A stretch of 37,378 nt of DNA from IMG/VR virus record IMGVR_UViG_3300030207_001617, positions 1 to 37,378 of that record; one strand, 5' to 3'. Shown piece after piece: positions 16,141 to 26,650 of this stretch. The translations under genes were made by a program, and so were the position numbers. Every line of letters begins with the position of its first letter. Within the stretch, counting starts at the first letter, position 1. The stretch comes from a virus. Its lineage: Duplodnaviria > Caudoviricetes. A model generated the notes under the pieces. The model was not told the DNA's origin, searched no databases, and worked only from the letters and a program-made list of their open reading frames with translations.

Positions 16141-19100
16141 TTAATCCCAAGAAGCGCCTCCGCTGCTTGTGCTGTTATTATTTACTGTTATTGTGATTGG
16201 TCCTCCAAGGCTAGAGTCGCTATGCGTCATAGTAGCTACTCCTAAACCTTGAACTGAAAACTCTTTTTCATCTAAATTACTTAACGTTGTAGTTTCACCT
16301 GTTGGATATCCAAACCACTTACCCTCTTTATCTTTAAATTCTAAACTTCCACATGTCTGCAGGTCAGTTGTTATACTTTCTGCATACCACCCATTTATTG
16401 TAGCGCCTAAATTAAAATACTCATTATCACTAACGTTACTAACTAATGTGGTACCGGTTGTAGTTCCGCTACCAGTAGACGAATCGTTGTTATAGAATCC
16501 TACGTTATCAACACCTGCGGTAGCGTCATCCCAATTAGATATTTTAGCTTGAGATCCTTCGTAGCCTATAGTTGTAAAGCTCTTTACTTGTTCCTTTACA
16601 TCGTTGAATAACACAGTAAAATCAGACGTATGCTGTTGACCGTAAAAGTTATTTCTCGTTTCGTTTGAATGGTGTTTCCATATATGACCATCAAAGAAAG
16701 TATAGTAATTGTTATTTTGACTAATACCGTGTTCTAAACCTTGAACTGAGGCGGGCGACGTGCTTTGCGTCTTGTAAAAACTTTTAAAACTTGCCCAGCC
16801 CTTAGATCCTTCGTTATACGAAACTGTAATTTGTTCGGTTGGAAGGTATTGATTATTCTCGCTATATGCCTTATTTAAAGTAACATTGTACTCATTTTTT
16901 CTTTCATCATAAGTACCAATAGCTTTAACAACGTAAGAACCCATGGCATCCGCAAAGTAATCTTTCATACCTATTTCAGATATAGGTCTTACACCTTCTC
17001 CAGATAAAGCAAGAACTTTACCTCTATTTACATCTACAAAATAGTGGTTGTATGGTGTCTTTACTAAAGATTCAGGATTTTTAGATATCCCAAAGTCACC
17101 TTGATAAGCTGTAACATCACCTACCGTAGCGTTACTAGCTACAACATTTGTTTTTCCATCAGCGTTATATAAAGCATCTCTATTTGTATACGCTTTAAGA
17201 ACTTTATCCTCACAGAATATTCTCAATAAAGTATCACCTGTTTTTAACGCCTGTATACTACCATGAGATGGGTTTATATCTTTGGTGATTTTTTCGCCAG
17301 CAATAAATTGATTAGTCTCATTAACCTTCGCGTTTGCATTGTATAATCCAGACCAGATCATACCGTATTTTTTATGCTCTTCTTTAACTCTTTCGTTACC
17401 TATAGTAGCAGAGGCCTTAACTCCGTTGTCCATTTGTGGAGCGTTAAAGTCATCACGTATTCTATCTGACTCTGCTCCATTTCCAAAACTCCAACAATTA
17501 CTCCAACCTAAAGAATGACTGAATTGAGTTGTGTTAGTAGTGTTTATTTTTACAGTAGTATCACCTGTAACAAGATCCTCTACTACTTCCGCAAATAAGA
17601 AAGTACCGTTTGGTAGTTCTATTTCTATCGTATCCCCAGTCTCATAACCCACCTGATCTGGATTGCTAACATCAATTTCAGCAGTTGTCTCTGCTGAAGT
17701 TGGTGTGAGGAAACCAACGTCACTACCAAGGGCATCTAATATACCGCTTTCAAATCCTAATGTCCCATCACCGTTTACAGAGGTTATAGTGTATTTTTTG
17801 TTAACATATAGATTATTAGTAGCCATCGGACTTCCAAGGTCAGCTTGAGATTGCTGCGCCCAAGTTGTCCTCCAACCACTTTTGTAGAAACAAGATCCTA
17901 CTGGTATGTATTCTTCACAAGTTCTATCATTAACGTGCAAAGGTATTAATCTACTAGCTTGATAATATATATCTAATTCTGCCGCCTCTTTAGGCTCTGT
18001 CTCCCATATTGCGGGATTAGAAGAATATGAATCGCTATTCATCGAATAAGATGATAGTATTTCGATATAATCAGGATCTCCCATGCCATCATGGTGCAAG
18101 GCTCTTCTCCAATTTGCATCTGTAACACTAGTAACTACAGAAGGATCTGTACCGTGAATAGGGTTATAACCTAATGGTCCGCTACCAATAGGTGGATCTA
18201 CAACTACCGTCCATCTTTGCCTTATATTACACCCAGCCCACATCTGACGATCATCCTCTTGTTCACCCATATTTATGTTCCTGATGCCAAACGCTCCTGT
18301 ATATATATTAGCATCGTTTTTATATAATCCACAATCATATCCTTGCGTTGTATAAGGTTCTGTGAATGGTAAAGAAGTGTATACGACTTTATCTGGATCT
18401 CTTTTGAATCTCCACTTGGTTCCAGGTTTAACAAGTTCTTCTATAAATTCTCTAGCAGCGGTACTAGTTGCTGCGTCGTCTGGTTCTTGGTCAAGTCTTA
18501 CAGGGATATGATCCGCGTTGTTTTCCATATATTCCTCAACCTTCCATGGATAACCATCTGCTTGCCACCCTACCCAAGACAAATCCATAGCGCAATATCC
18601 GTTATCTGTAGTCCATATACCTCTACTAGGTACGCCGTTTTTCTTAGTTAGTATCCACTCAATATACTCATCCACTTCTTCTTCAGTTCCATTACCATCT
18701 GCCCAATCGTAATAACCGTTAGCAAATGCGTCGTTGTTACTTCCACCCATCCACTCTGCACTAGTGTTCATATCTCCAGGATTGAAAGTCTCTTTTAAGC
18801 TGTAAGCCCCATCATTACCCGAAGACCAATAATTATGTGGTCCATCGGAGAAGTAGTTAAGCTTATAGTGCCAACCACTAAAGTTCGCTACAGGAGCTGA
18901 ATTAGCAGCATTTATCGCCGGGTTAACATTAAGTCTAGCTCCAGTGAATTTATTGCCAGGATAGTCTTGTGCGTAACTTGTCCAAGTAAACGCTGTACAT
19001 CCATCGATAAAGAATCTCCTTTTTTCAAGTTGATATACCCAGTAGGCTCTTGCACCATTAGCGAAAGGAGTATCCATTCTCCAATGGTGAGGCTCTGGAT

Positions 19101-22100
19101 CATCTTCACCGCCACAAATACCCCTGATACTATCTATATCCATATGTTCTTTGATACTATAGCCTATAGGATCTATATCCATGAATTTATATGCCTTGCC
19201 AAGCGGTATATGATCTTCATCGTAGCCAGTTAAACCACTCCAATCGTGCTCTGTAGGGTGAACTCTAGCATAAGGATACTTCCAGTTCGAGTAATGTCTA
19301 GCAAAACCTACTATATCCCAATCATTATCACCATATTGATCCCAATCAATGTCTCTATCACCTTGCAAAAACCCACCAGTGGTATTGCCGTCTACTATAT
19401 CCTCATTATACGTTAAGTCATAACCATTTATAGGATATACAGGTTTACGAGGAATTACTCCTAAAAAACCTCCAGGAGCTCCTGAGTATCCAGAACCACC
19501 AGGAGGAGATATCGGATGGTGTACACGTGTTCCAGCGTTAAGATACCCATTGTTATTAATATAATCTATTCCCCATTGGTGTGTAACATACCAGTCATCA
19601 TCACTTCTTCTAGCTACATAATCAGATAAAGCTTGATCTTTAAATATTTTAACAAAGAATCTGCCTTCAAACTCTGGGCGCTGCTGTACTTCTTCTTCTA
19701 ATAGTTCTATAGCTAATCCATCTACCCTGGTTTCATACGTTTCATCAGTAGATGTAAATGATACATCTGGTCCAAAAACTTTCTCTAAAGTTAATTGATA
19801 ATCACCAGGTATATCTACACCATCACTTGTACCTATATTAATACCAGCTAGTTTAGATACTCTATAAAATCTAGATCCCTCGCCACCACCTTTCCATATA
19901 CGCATGAAAAGCCTATCTGGCATTTCTTCTTCCATGTGTTTACCAAAAGCTGATCTAAAGGCCGACCCTGATACAGTAACTTTAGTACGACCAGGTAAAG
20001 GAAATCCAAATCCTGGACTACCTATAATTTCATTGTTTGTGTTGTATACTTTACCTAAAGTTACTTTTCTAGTTTTTATAAACCTAGGGGCTTCACTTTC
20101 AATAGCTAAGACCTTGTACTTAGCTTTTTCTTCGACAATAGTATTGCTACTATGAGCCTTTTTAAGTATTAAAAATGTTCCATCATCAATTTTATTTCTC
20201 TCAGATGAAGGAAATGAGATCCATATATTCCCATCAGCAGCATCATACCATCTGTCCATAGATATTGTATAATACTCGACAGATGTTTCCTTTATATAAT
20301 ATGAATAATACTCAGCCCAACTTGGAATAGGGATACTAGTATCTAAGCTTACCTTTATTCTATTTACGTATTTAGAATTTTGTTTTGGTAATCTTACAGA
20401 AGAATTTTCATTAGTTAAAACAGGTGTTTCTCTTCCATATCTATCACTAAATACAACGCCTACTTGATAATCTCGCATAGACTTTACTGATGGTTCAGGA
20501 TATGTAGGTGTAGTGTATTTCCCAAGTTCCCTAGAATCAAAGCTAGATATTATCTTAGGATATTGTATGACATCATAGTTTTGTAGATAGTTACCAAATA
20601 TAACCCTGTTAGCGCTTACGTCTTGAGCTAAAGCTTTTCTTGGTACATTGTCCCATGGTCTAATCAACTGGTTAGATGGAACAATACTATGGATCATATC
20701 TGTTGTTAGTTCAAAAACTCCTCTAGCATTATAATCTACAGACAAGTCCGGCCATAACGGATGGCCATCAGAAGGGCGTATTGTTTTAACAGTATATACC
20801 GTAGGATTATTAGTTTCTTTGTATAATATATCTATTTCTACTACGTCTCTAGGAATGTTATTCTCTTGAGCATGGTATCCTTTAATTTTTAATCCACGCA
20901 ATCTATTCATCATACCTAAATTATGACCTTTTTTAGGTTCATAATCAAAGCTATCGGGTAAAAAAGCAATTTCAGACCAAGGGGCAAATGTAGAATACTC
21001 GCCATCTTGGTACTTATATCTATACGAAAATCTTGGAAATTTAAAGTTAAAAAGTGGATCTCTATCTTCTAGTTTTAGAGCCCACTCCGTGTCCGACGAA
21101 CTTATACCCTGCTTTATTGACAAAACTTCTAAGACAAAAGGACCTGTGTAAATAGTTTCTGGAGCTGCAGTTTCGTCAGGAACAGAGACAACTTTAGCTC
21201 TAATATCTCTAATATCATCACTGTAAGAAGACGTATCGTTAGCTAAAAACCCTGAGGTAGCAGCTAAGTTTACGTAATCATTAACTCTTATGTCAATAGC
21301 TTCTTCACTTTCTATAGTAACATGCTCTCCTATTTCCACTGGATTTGGCTCTCCGGCCGCATCAATTACTGTAAAGCTACCAGTAACAATTGATGATGTT
21401 AAGTTTTCTTCACCATTCGCCTTAATTCTAGAGACAGATGTTCTGTACATATCTAGATCAAGTGGCGTATTAGGTGATGTTCTAATTAATGTGATATTAG
21501 ATTCATTTACATATACAGCTTTTTTACCTGTAGCGTCTGTAGCAACTTTTAATTGCCCTACCTCATTGTCTACAACAAGTCTAGTGTGGAAATAAGCGCT
21601 TTCACCATTGAATACAGCGTTAGTAGCCGCATTAGTAGTAGCAGCTATACCACCGTTGCCAGCATTTTTGAGATATTCAGTACCACCTGTACCCAGCATG
21701 CATCTCTTTATATTTATTTTTTTAGGTTCATGTTCGTTGTCTGTCCAGAAAAGAAAATCATCTAAAACATTTATACCTGTAATTAAATTATTTCTTTGAA
21801 AATTAAGAACCCTAGGAGCTCTAAATGTAACAGCCGCACTAGCGCTTGTAGATATTGCTTCGCTTACAGTTATCTTCCACTTGTTTGTACCGCCTTCAGT
21901 ATCATAAGATATATCTGTAACTCTTATATTATCTGAATCCGTATAATCACCAACCGCAACGCGCATTCCCAAACGAATGCCTGTTTGGTTTGCGGTAGTT
22001 CCCGCACCAAGAGCTATGTGAAACGTAGTGCTGTCAGTCGTAGTCGTAGCAATTGTTGTTTTTACTCTATGTATATCTACAAAAACATACTTGTGTGTTT

Positions 22101-22461
22101 CACTGACCGTATCATATTCCATAATATAATCCTTCGCTACGTCTAACTCAGCACCTGTAATAGTGTTTAAGTTACTAGTTACAAAGTAGTATATTTTGTT
22201 TTCATCTGGAGCTGACACGCAAGCTACACAAGTGCCACTCGCCGTGTTTGGTATATCATAAACACCAGTAATATTGTCTATACTTGCAATGGTGCTATGT
22301 TTAGTATTACCCTTAAGAGTTTGTACTACTCCAGCGTTAGAACCTTCAGATGTGGTTATTTCTATATTATTTGCATCTCTGTAATCGCCTTCATTAACTA
22401 ATCTTTCATCAAGATCTTTGTTCATTCGGCCATTACCTAGCGTGTGCTTTAATATTGGCAT
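16141..22461 (-). CDS. Tail muzzle/stabilisation protein (2106 aa; functional analogue of P22 gp10 / T7 gp12)
   Basis: N-terminal GRMNKDLDERLV..GDYRDANNI; internal ITGINVLDDFLFWTDN.EPKKINI, FPRFSYRYKY.DGEYS, FGISKNPES and C-terminal KEGKWF, which I recognise from crAss-like and flavobacterial podovirus tail proteins; follows the ring genes. Confidence 0.7.
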   Translation of the reverse strand: MPILKHTLGNGRMNKDLDERLVNEGDYRDANNIEITTSEGSNAGVVQTLKGNTKHSTIASIDNITGVYDIPNTASGTCVACVSAPDENKIYYFVTSNLNTITGAELDVAKDYIMEYDTVSETHKYVFVDIHRVKTTIATTTTDSTTFHIALGAGTTANQTGIRLGMRVAVGDYTDSDNIRVTDISYDTEGGTNKWKITVSEAISTSASAAVTFRAPRVLNFQRNNLITGINVLDDFLFWTDNEHEPKKINIKRCMLGTGGTEYLKNAGNGGIAATTNAATNAVFNGESAYFHTRLVVDNEVGQLKVATDATGKKAVYVNESNITLIRTSPNTPLDLDMYRTSVSRIKANGEENLTSSIVTGSFTVIDAAGEPNPVEIGEHVTIESEEAIDIRVNDYVNLAATSGFLANDTSSYSDDIRDIRAKVVSVPDETAAPETIYTGPFVLEVLSIKQGISSSDTEWALKLEDRDPLFNFKFPRFSYRYKYQDGEYSTFAPWSEIAFLPDSFDYEPKKGHNLGMMNRLRGLKIKGYHAQENNIPRDVVEIDILYKETNNPTVYTVKTIRPSDGHPLWPDLSVDYNARGVFELTTDMIHSIVPSNQLIRPWDNVPRKALAQDVSANRVIFGNYLQNYDVIQYPKIISSFDSRELGKYTTPTYPEPSVKSMRDYQVGVVFSDRYGRETPVLTNENSSVRLPKQNSKYVNRIKVSLDTSIPIPSWAEYYSYYIKETSVEYYTISMDRWYDAADGNIWISFPSSERNKIDDGTFLILKKAHSSNTIVEEKAKYKVLAIESEAPRFIKTRKVTLGKVYNTNNEIIGSPGFGFPLPGRTKVTVSGSAFRSAFGKHMEEEMPDRLFMRIWKGGGEGSRFYRVSKLAGINIGTSDGVDIPGDYQLTLEKVFGPDVSFTSTDETYETRVDGLAIELLEEEVQQRPEFEGRFFVKIFKDQALSDYVARRSDDDWYVTHQWGIDYINNNGYLNAGTRVHHPISPPGGSGYSGAPGGFLGVIPRKPVYPINGYDLTYNEDIVDGNTTGGFLQGDRDIDWDQYGDNDWDIVGFARHYSNWKYPYARVHPTEHDWSGLTGYDEDHIPLGKAYKFMDIDPIGYSIKEHMDIDSIRGICGGEDDPEPHHWRMDTPFANGARAYWVYQLEKRRFFIDGCTAFTWTSYAQDYPGNKFTGARLNVNPAINAANSAPVANFSGWHYKLNYFSDGPHNYWSSGNDGAYSLKETFNPGDMNTSAEWMGGSNNDAFANGYYDWADGNGTEEEVDEYIEWILTKKNGVPSRGIWTTDNGYCAMDLSWVGWQADGYPWKVEEYMENNADHIPVRLDQEPDDAATSTAAREFIEELVKPGTKWRFKRDPDKVVYTSLPFTEPYTTQGYDCGLYKNDANIYTGAFGIRNINMGEQEDDRQMWAGCNIRQRWTVVVDPPIGSGPLGYNPIHGTDPSVVTSVTDANWRRALHHDGMGDPDYIEILSSYSMNSDSYSSNPAIWETEPKEAAELDIYYQASRLIPLHVNDRTCEEYIPVGSCFYKSGWRTTWAQQSQADLGSPMATNNLYVNKKYTITSVNGDGTLGFESGILDALGSDVGFLTPTSAETTAEIDVSNPDQVGYETGDTIEIELPNGTFLFAEVVEDLVTGDTTVKINTTNTTQFSHSLGWSNCWSFGNGAESDRIRDDFNAPQMDNGVKASATIGNERVKEEHKKYGMIWSGLYNANAKVNETNQFIAGEKITKDINPSHGSIQALKTGDTLLRIFCEDKVLKAYTNRDALYNADGKTNVVASNATVGDVTAYQGDFGISKNPESLVKTPYNHYFVDVNRGKVLALSGEGVRPISEIGMKDYFADAMGSYVVKAIGTYDERKNEYNVTLNKAYSENNQYLPTEQITVSYNEGSKGWASFKSFYKTQSTSPASVQGLEHGISQNNNYYTFFDGHIWKHHSNETRNNFYGQQHTSDFTVLFNDVKEQVKSFTTIGYEGSQAKISNWDDATAGVDNVGFYNNDSSTGSGTTTGTTLVSNVSDNEYFNLGATINGWYAESITTDLQTCGSLEFKDKEGKWFGYPTGETTTLSNLDEKEFSVQGLGVATMTHSDSSLGGPITITVNNNSTSSGGASWD

Positions 22462-22463
22462 GC

Positions 22464-23405
22464 TTAGTGTTTAATTATTTTAGAGCTTCCTCTAAGTATT
22501 TGAGTTAATTCTTCTAATTTAATATTTGAAAGCCTAAGCTTGGCTTTTCTTGTTTCAGCAAATCGTTCTTTTTTGATAGAACTTAACGATCCTCCAGGAG
22601 TATCTTTTCTTGCAGATAATACTCCATATAGTATATGCTTATATATAGCTTCTTCCGCTAATTTAGGGACTAAACTATTTGTGAGATCAATACCGTTGTT
22701 GCTTGTAGAAGATATACCATCACTTATATACCTTAACACAACTGTTTTACCGCTAATGTTAGAACTAAAATGGAATTTGCCTTGTGCTTCATCGATAAAG
22801 AAACTGCCATTTCCTTGAGTATACTGAGGATCAATACCGTATCTTCCACCCACTAATTCTCCGTACTCGTCGTCAACATCGTCTGCGTCTGTAGATCCTA
22901 TATCATTTGAAGCTGCGCTTGGATCAGAACTGTAACTAGTCCAAGTATCTGAGTTATGATTGCCATCGCTATCCGCAGCTGTTCTCGCTAAATCTGTATT
23001 AGCGCCTCCAGTAGCGAAGCCTCCATGGTTTTGTATAGCTTGATTTACGTTAAATGGATTTGACGTTTTAGATGTGGGGTATATAATTCTTTCAATTCCA
23101 TCTCCATCACTCCAAGATAACTTAACGTAATTAATGTAATCTAACGGCATTACTAGCACTAGCGTAGATGGTATTTCTACCTCTAAATCTTTAGTACATC
23201 TAAAAGTGTCGTAACTTAATTCTTGTAAAGCTCTAATAGCATGAAATGTTACGTCACTCAAAAGAACTTTTTCACATAATTTTCCTTGACCAACATATGT
23301 AGCCACGAAAGAATCTATGACATCGCTTAAAGATATATATCTATAATCACCGTGCGTTCCACCGCTGGCGTAATAAGCTTGAGGTTCTGATCTTAATATA
23401 CCCAT
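22464..23405 (-). CDS. Tail ring / tubular protein (313 aa)
   Basis: FHAIRALQELSYD, MPLDYINYVKLSW, VVLRYISDG, VPKLAEEAIY, AKLRLSN resemble the adaptor/ring fold; lies between the capsid and muzzle genes. Confidence 0.6.
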   Translation of the reverse strand: MGILRSEPQAYYASGGTHGDYRYISLSDVIDSFVATYVGQGKLCEKVLLSDVTFHAIRALQELSYDTFRCTKDLEVEIPSTLVLVMPLDYINYVKLSWSDGDGIERIIYPTSKTSNPFNVNQAIQNHGGFATGGANTDLARTAADSDGNHNSDTWTSYSSDPSAASNDIGSTDADDVDDEYGELVGGRYGIDPQYTQGNGSFFIDEAQGKFHFSSNISGKTVVLRYISDGISSTSNNGIDLTNSLVPKLAEEAIYKHILYGVLSARKDTPGGSLSSIKKERFAETRKAKLRLSNIKLEELTQILRGSSKIIKH

Positions 23406-23409
23406 TTAA

Positions 23410-24144
23410 TTATGCGTTTTGAATTGTTTCTGCGTCTGCTTTTAAGTTACCTGCAGTACCTGATAAACCTGTTTTATTCATAACAATACCTGCTAACTCT
23501 AATATTCTATATACTAGAGTATCTTCCTCTGAAATATGAAATTCAAAATCCGTGGTCGCGTATGAATTATATAAAGCTTTGCTATTAACTACTACATATG
23601 CCCATTCTACTGGCTTAGGAATCCTAAAGCACTCAACTGTTACACCTGAAGTTTCTTCATTTGTGTCTCCTGCATAAACAACAATGTCTCTACCGCTTAC
23701 TCTATTGTCTGTGTAAAATGGAGCTTGGTTGTCTATTGTTGCCATATGGCGTGATGATTTTTTTAATCTTTGAGCGTCTGCTATTGACACTTTTTGACAG
23801 GGCTCGTCACCTAAGAAAACCAAGCCAGTTTGAAAAACATCATACGCGACACTGTCAACCGTAACGGTAGCTGGAAACGTATGTCCGCTAGTTACAGCTT
23901 CATACGATTGGAAAGGGGCTAGCTTTCTATCTAGTAGTTCTATTATATCTGTCTCATCTACTAGACTTTCTCTATCTGTCTCTATTTTTACTTTTCCACT
24001 TTTTATGTGGAAATATGACTCAAATATAGTCATTTGAGCCTGATTGGCAAGCAAGTTAAACTCTTGTGGAGTGACATAACCTCGCTGCTCTTTATTAGCA
24101 AGAGCTAATACTCTTTGATAAACCGTGTCTATACTTACTGCCAT
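23410..24144 (-). CDS. Head-tail adaptor / ring protein (about 244 aa; start corrected to MAVSIDTVYQ)
   Basis: ANKEQRGYVTPQEFNLLANQAQ and C-terminal PKPVEWAY...FEFHISEE..LVYRILELAG. The ORF-track start at 24192 runs through a hairpin, so the ATG at 24144 is preferred. Confidence 0.65.
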   Translation of the reverse strand: MAVSIDTVYQRVLALANKEQRGYVTPQEFNLLANQAQMTIFESYFHIKSGKVKIETDRESLVDETDIIELLDRKLAPFQSYEAVTSGHTFPATVTVDSVAYDVFQTGLVFLGDEPCQKVSIADAQRLKKSSRHMATIDNQAPFYTDNRVSGRDIVVYAGDTNEETSGVTVECFRIPKPVEWAYVVVNSKALYNSYATTDFEFHISEEDTLVYRILELAGIVMNKTGLSGTAGNLKADAETIQNA

Positions 24145-24157
24145 AATTCGTTTTTTA

Positions 24158-24196
24158 TAGTTTAGTGACCACCCCGAAGGGTGGCCACCCAACTAA
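24158..24196 (-). promoter_or_regulatory. Stable C(UUCG)G hairpin between the 281-aa gene and the ring gene; no downstream U-tract
   Basis: Minus strand GTGGCCACCC-TTCG-GGGTGGTCAC (10-bp stem with one G:U), extendable by TAGTT/AACTA; followed by A-rich sequence. Confidence 0.65.
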
Positions 24197-24203
24197 GTGA
24201 TTA

Positions 24204-25049
24204 TTATTTTAATCGTTTTTCTATATTGTTATATATTTCCATGCCTTCATCAGTTTTAAACCAAGCTGCTAAAGCATTATACGGGTGCTCATCAAAAGGA
24301 ACCGTCATTAACTTCCTATCGTTGGAAGCCCACATAAAGTAGCGTTGATCATGTGAAAGCTTAATGATATTTGCCTCAACAGCTTTAATACCAAAGTTTC
24401 TTAACATAACATTATCGTCTTTAACAAGATCTATGAACAATTTAGGATTTTTCCTAACATATAGTAGTAAATCCCTTCTAAGTTCCTTAGAGCTCATGCT
24501 AGATACCTCAGAACCAATCTCTACTCTCATGATAGCCTCTACCATATCTATCTCTAGATCTTTAGCTATTGATAGGGCTTCTACTTCAAATTCTAACCAA
24601 TCTAATTGCGATTCAGCTATTTCAACTGGTTTATGTTCATAGTATAATTGATCTCTGTGAGGGTGATATAAAGATAAAAGTTTTTGTAAAACTGTTTTTT
24701 CTTTAGGAACGTATAAACTTCCTGATCTAAAGATAATATGTTCTAAACGCTGATCACCTTGCATTTCATCAACAAATGGTGTTTTTTGGTTTTGACAATA
24801 CTTAAGTTCTCTTTCATAGCCTTTTTCTTCGTCAAACCAATATATATTAGCAGACTTAATCATACGAGATAAAGGCTTCTTCATCCCTTTTAAGTAATAT
24901 ATTCTATCTTTTATTTCCCAAGTGTTTTTCTTGGGTTCTTCTTTTTTAACTACTGGTTGTGGTTTTGGCTCCGGCTTTGGAGCTTCAACTACAACTGTTT
25001 CTTCTACTAGAGGTTCTTCTATAACCTCTGCTGTTTTCTTTTTTGCCAT
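24204..25049 (-). CDS. Phage protein downstream of MCP (281 aa), function unknown
   Basis: Intact ORF with an A/T-rich leader; low-complexity E/P/K N-terminus followed by a globular region. Confidence 0.6.
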   Translation of the reverse strand: MAKKKTAEVIEEPLVEETVVVEAPKPEPKPQPVVKKEEPKKNTWEIKDRIYYLKGMKKPLSRMIKSANIYWFDEEKGYERELKYCQNQKTPFVDEMQGDQRLEHIIFRSGSLYVPKEKTVLQKLLSLYHPHRDQLYYEHKPVEIAESQLDWLEFEVEALSIAKDLEIDMVEAIMRVEIGSEVSSMSSKELRRDLLLYVRKNPKLFIDLVKDDNVMLRNFGIKAVEANIIKLSHDQRYFMWASNDRKLMTVPFDEHPYNALAAWFKTDEGMEIYNNIEKRLK

Positions 25050-25074
25050 AATATAATATAATAAAAGTTAATAT

Positions 25075-25104
25075 AAACTACCCCTCCCGAAGGAGAGGTA
25101 GTTT
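25075..25104 (-). terminator. Intrinsic terminator after the major capsid gene
   Basis: Minus strand AAACTACCTCTCC-TTCG-GGAGGGGTAGTTT followed by ATATTAACTTTT; 13 nt after the MCP stop. Confidence 0.75.
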
Positions 25105-25117
25105 CATCAAATATAGT

Positions 25118-26638
25118 TTAGTTCATCAACATGAAGTTGTTTGCACCTTGTACTACTAAGCAACGCTCAGTAAGCATGTGGATTTGCATCGCGTCAAGAG
25201 CTGATGTAGTAGCTCCAACCGAACCAGTAACCCAAGTCTTAAGCTTACGGTTATCAGTTTGTGAAGCTCTGTAACGAACGTGTAGGAAAGGACGCTTAAG
25301 ATTCTTACCTAGTGATTGATCATATACAGTTGAAGTACCAGCTGGAATAATAACTCCACGGATAGCGCTTGCAGAGTTAGCAGCGTTAATACTTCCACGA
25401 GTAGCTTTATCGTTTAAGTAGCGGAAGTCAGACTTGTAGAAGTCGTAAGATCCACGACGGAAACCAGAGAAGCCAAGATTTAGAGCCATGTCTTCGTCAT
25501 TTTCAAACACTCCGTAAGAAGTACCACCAGCACCGTAAGAATTCATAGATGCAAGCATATCGTCGATAGCTAGGCTAGTCGCACGGTTAACAAACATCAT
25601 GTTTTCTTCAATAGCACCTTGGTTGTCAAACTCAGCAAGAATAGCGTCAAACTCTGCTAGGTCAGTAGCAGCGTTAACACCAGTAACACCAGAAGTCATG
25701 TTTCCACGAGCTTCAATAGCTGCAAATAAACCTTCAGTACCTACATTTCCTGCACCAGCAGAAGATCCAGCAAGGTTGTTACTTCCATCAGCAAGTGATG
25801 CAGCTGCGTTCTTTTCAGCTTCAATTAGAGCCATCTCTAAGTAATCAGTGAAACGAGAACGAGTATCTGCCTCAGCCTTTAAGTACCATAAGTAACCTGA
25901 TTGTCCTGATTCAGCAGCAACTTCTACCCAACCAATACGAGCTGTATCTGATCCAGATACTTCGTAGTAGTCCTTCATAATGATAGGACGGTTAGCAAAA
26001 GTCTTGAAGTCTGGCTCGTTTGCACGACGTCCATCTTCAAAAGTTGTTGTAGCACCACCTGTTGGGTAGCTAACACCTTTACTAAACTCAGAACCGTATA
26101 CTAGAATAGTACAAGATAAAGAATCGTTGCTATCTGCGATAAGTCCAGAACCTGAACCTGCGCTATAAGCAGCAACATCAATAGTAGCTGTACCTGCGGC
26201 AGCTGTAACAACTAGACACTTGTGTACTCCAGCTGCGTTAGCTACAATAACGGTATCGTTAACACGAATACCATGAGTAGTTGTAATTGCGTTACCATCG
26301 ATATCTTGCTCAATTGTAACTCTAGTTGTAGCACCTGTGCCAGCGTTAGCACCTGCGTTAGTATCACCTGTAGCGATTTTACCTTTGTATGAAAGGTGTA
26401 GTCTACCCTGTTCAGACCAAATAACTTGATCAGATTGCATAGACTCTTCAGCACCAACTTTTGAAAGGAAACCTGAGATAGTACGTGGTCCGAATACCTC
26501 TGCCTCTTTCTCCATTAGTTCTGGTAAGTATTGTTGAGCCCAACCCATATCTTGGTTGAAGTCAATGTAGTTTGATGATAGTGTTTGCTGTTGTGGAGCT
26601 GGTACACTATTCAAACTATCTCCTGCAGTAATTGCCAT
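25118..26638 (-). CDS. Major capsid protein (506 aa, HK97 fold with insertion domain)
   Basis: Position after portal and scaffold; followed by a terminator; QQYLPEL.EKEAEVFG.RTISGFL, IWSEQGRLH, GTEGLFAAIE.RG, LNLGFSGFRRGSYDFYK and TERCLVVQGANNF resemble Bacteroidota-phage MCPs. Confidence 0.85.
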   Translation of the reverse strand: MAITAGDSLNSVPAPQQQTLSSNYIDFNQDMGWAQQYLPELMEKEAEVFGPRTISGFLSKVGAEESMQSDQVIWSEQGRLHLSYKGKIATGDTNAGANAGTGATTRVTIEQDIDGNAITTTHGIRVNDTVIVANAAGVHKCLVVTAAAGTATIDVAAYSAGSGSGLIADSNDSLSCTILVYGSEFSKGVSYPTGGATTTFEDGRRANEPDFKTFANRPIIMKDYYEVSGSDTARIGWVEVAAESGQSGYLWYLKAEADTRSRFTDYLEMALIEAEKNAAASLADGSNNLAGSSAGAGNVGTEGLFAAIEARGNMTSGVTGVNAATDLAEFDAILAEFDNQGAIEENMMFVNRATSLAIDDMLASMNSYGAGGTSYGVFENDEDMALNLGFSGFRRGSYDFYKSDFRYLNDKATRGSINAANSASAIRGVIIPAGTSTVYDQSLGKNLKRPFLHVRYRASQTDNRKLKTWVTGSVGATTSALDAMQIHMLTERCLVVQGANNFMLMN

Positions 26639-26650
26639 TTTTTCTTAATT

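Noticed and set aside
24145-24192. ORF-track N-terminal extension MGGHPSGWSLNYKKRI of the ring protein
   Set aside because: It is a translation of the intergenic hairpin. The downstream ATG at 24144 has a typical A-rich leader. ORF-track extensions at 32822 and 34965 were shortened on similar grounds (overlap with the upstream gene, better downstream ATG).
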